Translations under genes and position numbers: made by a program
Notes under the pieces: generated by a model
What the model was told of the DNA's origin: nothing
What the model saw: only the letters and a program-made list of their open reading frames with translations
Databases searched by the model: none
From: Gemmata obscuriglobus
GTDB taxonomy: Bacteria > Planctomycetota > Planctomycetia > Gemmatales > Gemmataceae
NCBI RefSeq assembly: GCF_008065095.1
Contig: NZ_CP042911.1
Location: 6,660,001-6,692,000 of the forward strand
Length of the DNA stretch: 32,000 bases
Reading direction: 5' to 3'
In this document: piece after piece, positions 29,706 to 32,000 of the stretch
How the letters are laid out: each line of letters starts with the position of its first letter
Numbering within the stretch: position 1 is the stretch's first letter

Positions 29706-32000
29706 TCACCTGCGGGTCGCAAGGTACTCCAACAGGTCGGCGGCGTCCTGTGGGGTGAGCGCACTCAGCAGCCCGTCGGGCATCAGCGACAGGCGCGACG
29801 GCCGCACGCTTTCGACCTCGTCGCCCGCGATCGCGATTTCCTTGTTCTCGGCGTCGCGAAGAACCAGTTGCTTCTCGTCGCGCTTCACCAGAACGCCGGT
29901 GTACGTTTTCTCGTCCTTCGTGCGGACGTTGTACGTCGCGAACTGTGGCTCGACCTTCGCCGACGGGTTCAACAAGCTGTCGAGCAGTTCCGAACGCGTG
30001 CGAACCTTACCGATCGTCGTCAGATCCGGCCCCACCGCGCCGCCCGTGTTCCCGATCTTGTGGCAGTTCGCGCACTTCATTTCCTTGTTGGCGAACAGCG
30101 CCGCCCCCTTCTGCGGGTCGCCTTTCAACGTGAGGACGGAAGCGGGCCGTGGGTTCGCCCCCAGCTTTCGCGCGCCGGGAGCCGCGGGCGTGTGCCCCTC
30201 GAACAGGTCGCGCACGAGCGGCGTACCGTGCTTCGCAACCAGGGGCGGCAGATCGTCCGCAATTTTGTCATCGATCTTGCCCAGCGCGAGCGCCCGGGCG
30301 AACGGCCACGCCTCACCGAAAGTCACATACGCCTTCTCGGGCCGGGTGAGGTCCGGGTTCGGAAACGTCCAGTCCTTCGGCGGGCTCGAAAGTGACGCGA
30401 TCCACTTCCCGACCAGGTCGAGCGCGTGCGCGTGCGGGAACTCGGACCCGAGGTGCGGCATCCGCCCGCGGCCGAACTTCGCCATCCGGTAAAACAGCAC
30501 GCTGCGGTACGGGTCGCCCGGCGCCACGATGCGCGCGTCCGGCAAACCGAAATCGCCCTGCCGGGGCCGCACGTCGAAGATGCCCGTTTCCCGGAGCGGC
30601 TTTGCGGCGTCCAGTTCCAGCACCACCTGACCGCCGCCCCCGCCGAACCGGTGGCAGTGCGCGCAGTTGACGTGCAGGTAGCTGCGTGCCTTCGCGTCGA
30701 GCGTGCCGTCGGCCTGGAGCGGCACCAGGGCCGGCTCCTTCTTCACCGACGCGGCGCTGAACGGCGGCAGTACGTGCTCGTTGTCGCCGATGCGGTGGGC
30801 GTACCCCTCGGTAGTGAGATGCACCAGTTGGTTCGTGGCCTTCTCACCGCCGAACAGCGGAGCGCGGTTGAGTTGCCGAATGTTGAACGCCAGCGAGTAT
30901 TCGGACCACGCGTTGTGGCAGCTCAGGCACTGCGCCCGGCTGTGGAACGTCCACATTTGCTCACGCTTGCCGACCGCCGCCCACGCCCCCTTCTCGGTCT
31001 TGCCACCGGTCGCGACCGTAAACACCTTCTCGCCGCCCTCCGCGGGCACGAGGTCGGCGTCGGACTGGTCGTCGCGCCAGGCGTAGGTGTACCCGCGCCA
31101 GTCCTCCCCGTCGAAGTGCAGGAGTTGCGTCTCCGCCCGCGTTTCGACCAGGTTCTTTTCGCCCAGCACGTCGAGCGTGAGCGTCTTCACGAGCACGGCG
31201 TCCTTCGGAAACCGCATCGCGAAGTTGTGCCAGAACACCTGCCCCGGAAGCGGCCGCGGCTTCTCGAAAAACGACACCGTCGAGAGCCCCGGCAGAGCAA
31301 GCAGATAGTCCGCGGTAGCCCCGTCCTGCCACTGGCGACCGTTGACGTAGAAGGGAATCACCCCTTCGGCGGGTTCGAGCTTCTTCACGTCGGCAAACAC
31401 GCCCGTTTCACTCAGCCGGGTCGGGAACTGCGTGTTGGCGGCGTTGCTCGTGTTGCGTTCGAGGGTGTAAATCGCCCCGCTGTCGTAGTCGCAAATGTAA
31501 AGCTCTCCGTCGGCGTCCTGGCCGAACGCCGACGGCCGAACGGTCGGCTTCATGATCTCGGGCATTTCCGTGAGCCGGCCGCCGTCGAACCGCGCGGCCC
31601 AGACGCGCCGCGTCTCCCAGTCGCCGAAGACATACGCACCCGCCAGTTCGGGGAACTTCTTCCCGCGGTACACGTAACCGCCCGTCACGCTCGCCGCGAT
31701 CGTGTGCGGAAGTTCGATGACCGGCGCGCGGATCGGCGTCGGGCCGATCTTCTGATCGGGCCTCACCGGCTGGCGCGCCTCCGTGATGCTCCAGCCGTAG
31801 TTGCCGCCCTTCTCGACCTTGTGGACCATCTCCCACAGTTCCCAGCCGACGTCGCCGACCCACAGGTCACCGGTCTTGCGGTCGAAGCTCATGCGCCACG
31901 GGTTGCGGAACCCGAAAGCCCAGATTTCGGGCCGCACGTCCTTCAGTCCGACGAACGGGTTGTCTTGGGGAACCGCGTAGTTCTTCCCACCGTCCTTCTT
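29706..32000 (-). CDS. PQQ-type (glucose/sorbosone dehydrogenase-like) beta-propeller fused to multi-CxxCH heme domains (PVC-type heme-binding protein); N-terminus lies beyond the window end
   Basis: The frame is open to 32000 (KKDGGKNYAVPQDNPFVGLKDVRPEIWAFGFRNPWRMSFD...GGNYGWS). The heme motifs are CLSCHNAW, CAHCHRFG and CANCHKIG. The track ORF starts at an internal GTG at 31937. Confidence 0.85.
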   Translation of the reverse strand, partial: KKDGGKNYAVPQDNPFVGLKDVRPEIWAFGFRNPWRMSFDRKTGDLWVGDVGWELWEMVHKVEKGGNYGWSITEARQPVRPDQKIGPTPIRAPVIELPHTIAASVTGGYVYRGKKFPELAGAYVFGDWETRRVWAARFDGGRLTEMPEIMKPTVRPSAFGQDADGELYICDYDSGAIYTLERNTSNAANTQFPTRLSETGVFADVKKLEPAEGVIPFYVNGRQWQDGATADYLLALPGLSTVSFFEKPRPLPGQVFWHNFAMRFPKDAVLVKTLTLDVLGEKNLVETRAETQLLHFDGEDWRGYTYAWRDDQSDADLVPAEGGEKVFTVATGGKTEKGAWAAVGKREQMWTFHSRAQCLSCHNAWSEYSLAFNIRQLNRAPLFGGEKATNQLVHLTTEGYAHRIGDNEHVLPPFSAASVKKEPALVPLQADGTLDAKARSYLHVNCAHCHRFGGGGGQVVLELDAAKPLRETGIFDVRPRQGDFGLPDARIVAPGDPYRSVLFYRMAKFGRGRMPHLGSEFPHAHALDLVGKWIASLSSPPKDWTFPNPDLTRPEKAYVTFGEAWPFARALALGKIDDKIADDLPPLVAKHGTPLVRDLFEGHTPAAPGARKLGANPRPASVLTLKGDPQKGAALFANKEMKCANCHKIGNTGGAVGPDLTTIGKVRTRSELLDSLLNPSAKVEPQFATYNVRTKDEKTYTGVLVKRDEKQLVLRDAENKEIAIAGDEVESVRPSRLSLMPDGLLSALTPQDAADLLEYLATRR

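Overview
This is a GC-rich bacterial chromosomal segment that looks planctomycetal, probably Gemmataceae-like. The evidence is a PSCyt1/DUF1549/DUF1553 protein, a PVC-type multi-CxxCH dehydrogenase-like protein, a planctomycete-looking 16S, and weak or absent Shine-Dalgarno sequences. Positions 1-16000 carry ordinary accessory or housekeeping genes: a DUF4129 membrane protein, a degenerate sulfatase-like protein, a fused ABC-2 permease, a C45 Ntn-hydrolase, a Rieske oxygenase, rarD, an M24 Xaa-Pro peptidase, a HEAT-repeat protein and a two-gene lipoprotein-like module. Positions 24300-32000 carry purQ, rpsT, tsf, rpsB, a HisA/HisF paralogue, a GNAT acetyltransferase and a PQQ-propeller/cytochrome c fusion. 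The centre (16058-24101) is the most unusual part. All rRNA genes lie on the minus strand in the order 16S, intrinsic terminator, about 1 kb of unique spacer holding an oppositely oriented small Cys/His ORF, then 23S-5S-16S and the same terminator. The two 16S units are a 1904-bp direct repeat offset by 6007 bp. They are identical apart from six clustered transitions in the leader. No tRNA gene lies in any spacer, and only the upstream 16S has a near-consensus sigma70-type promoter. Other items worth a second look are GGAAC-heptad stem-loops in two mRNA leader or intergenic regions, an AT-rich 26-bp-core inverted repeat encoding two convergent MAAKKHK mini-ORFs, and a nested palindromic intergenic element. 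I found no CRISPR array, transposase, integrase or recognisable defence system. Most long ORFs in the track that lie opposite the called genes, or inside rRNA genes, are high-GC shadow ORFs.
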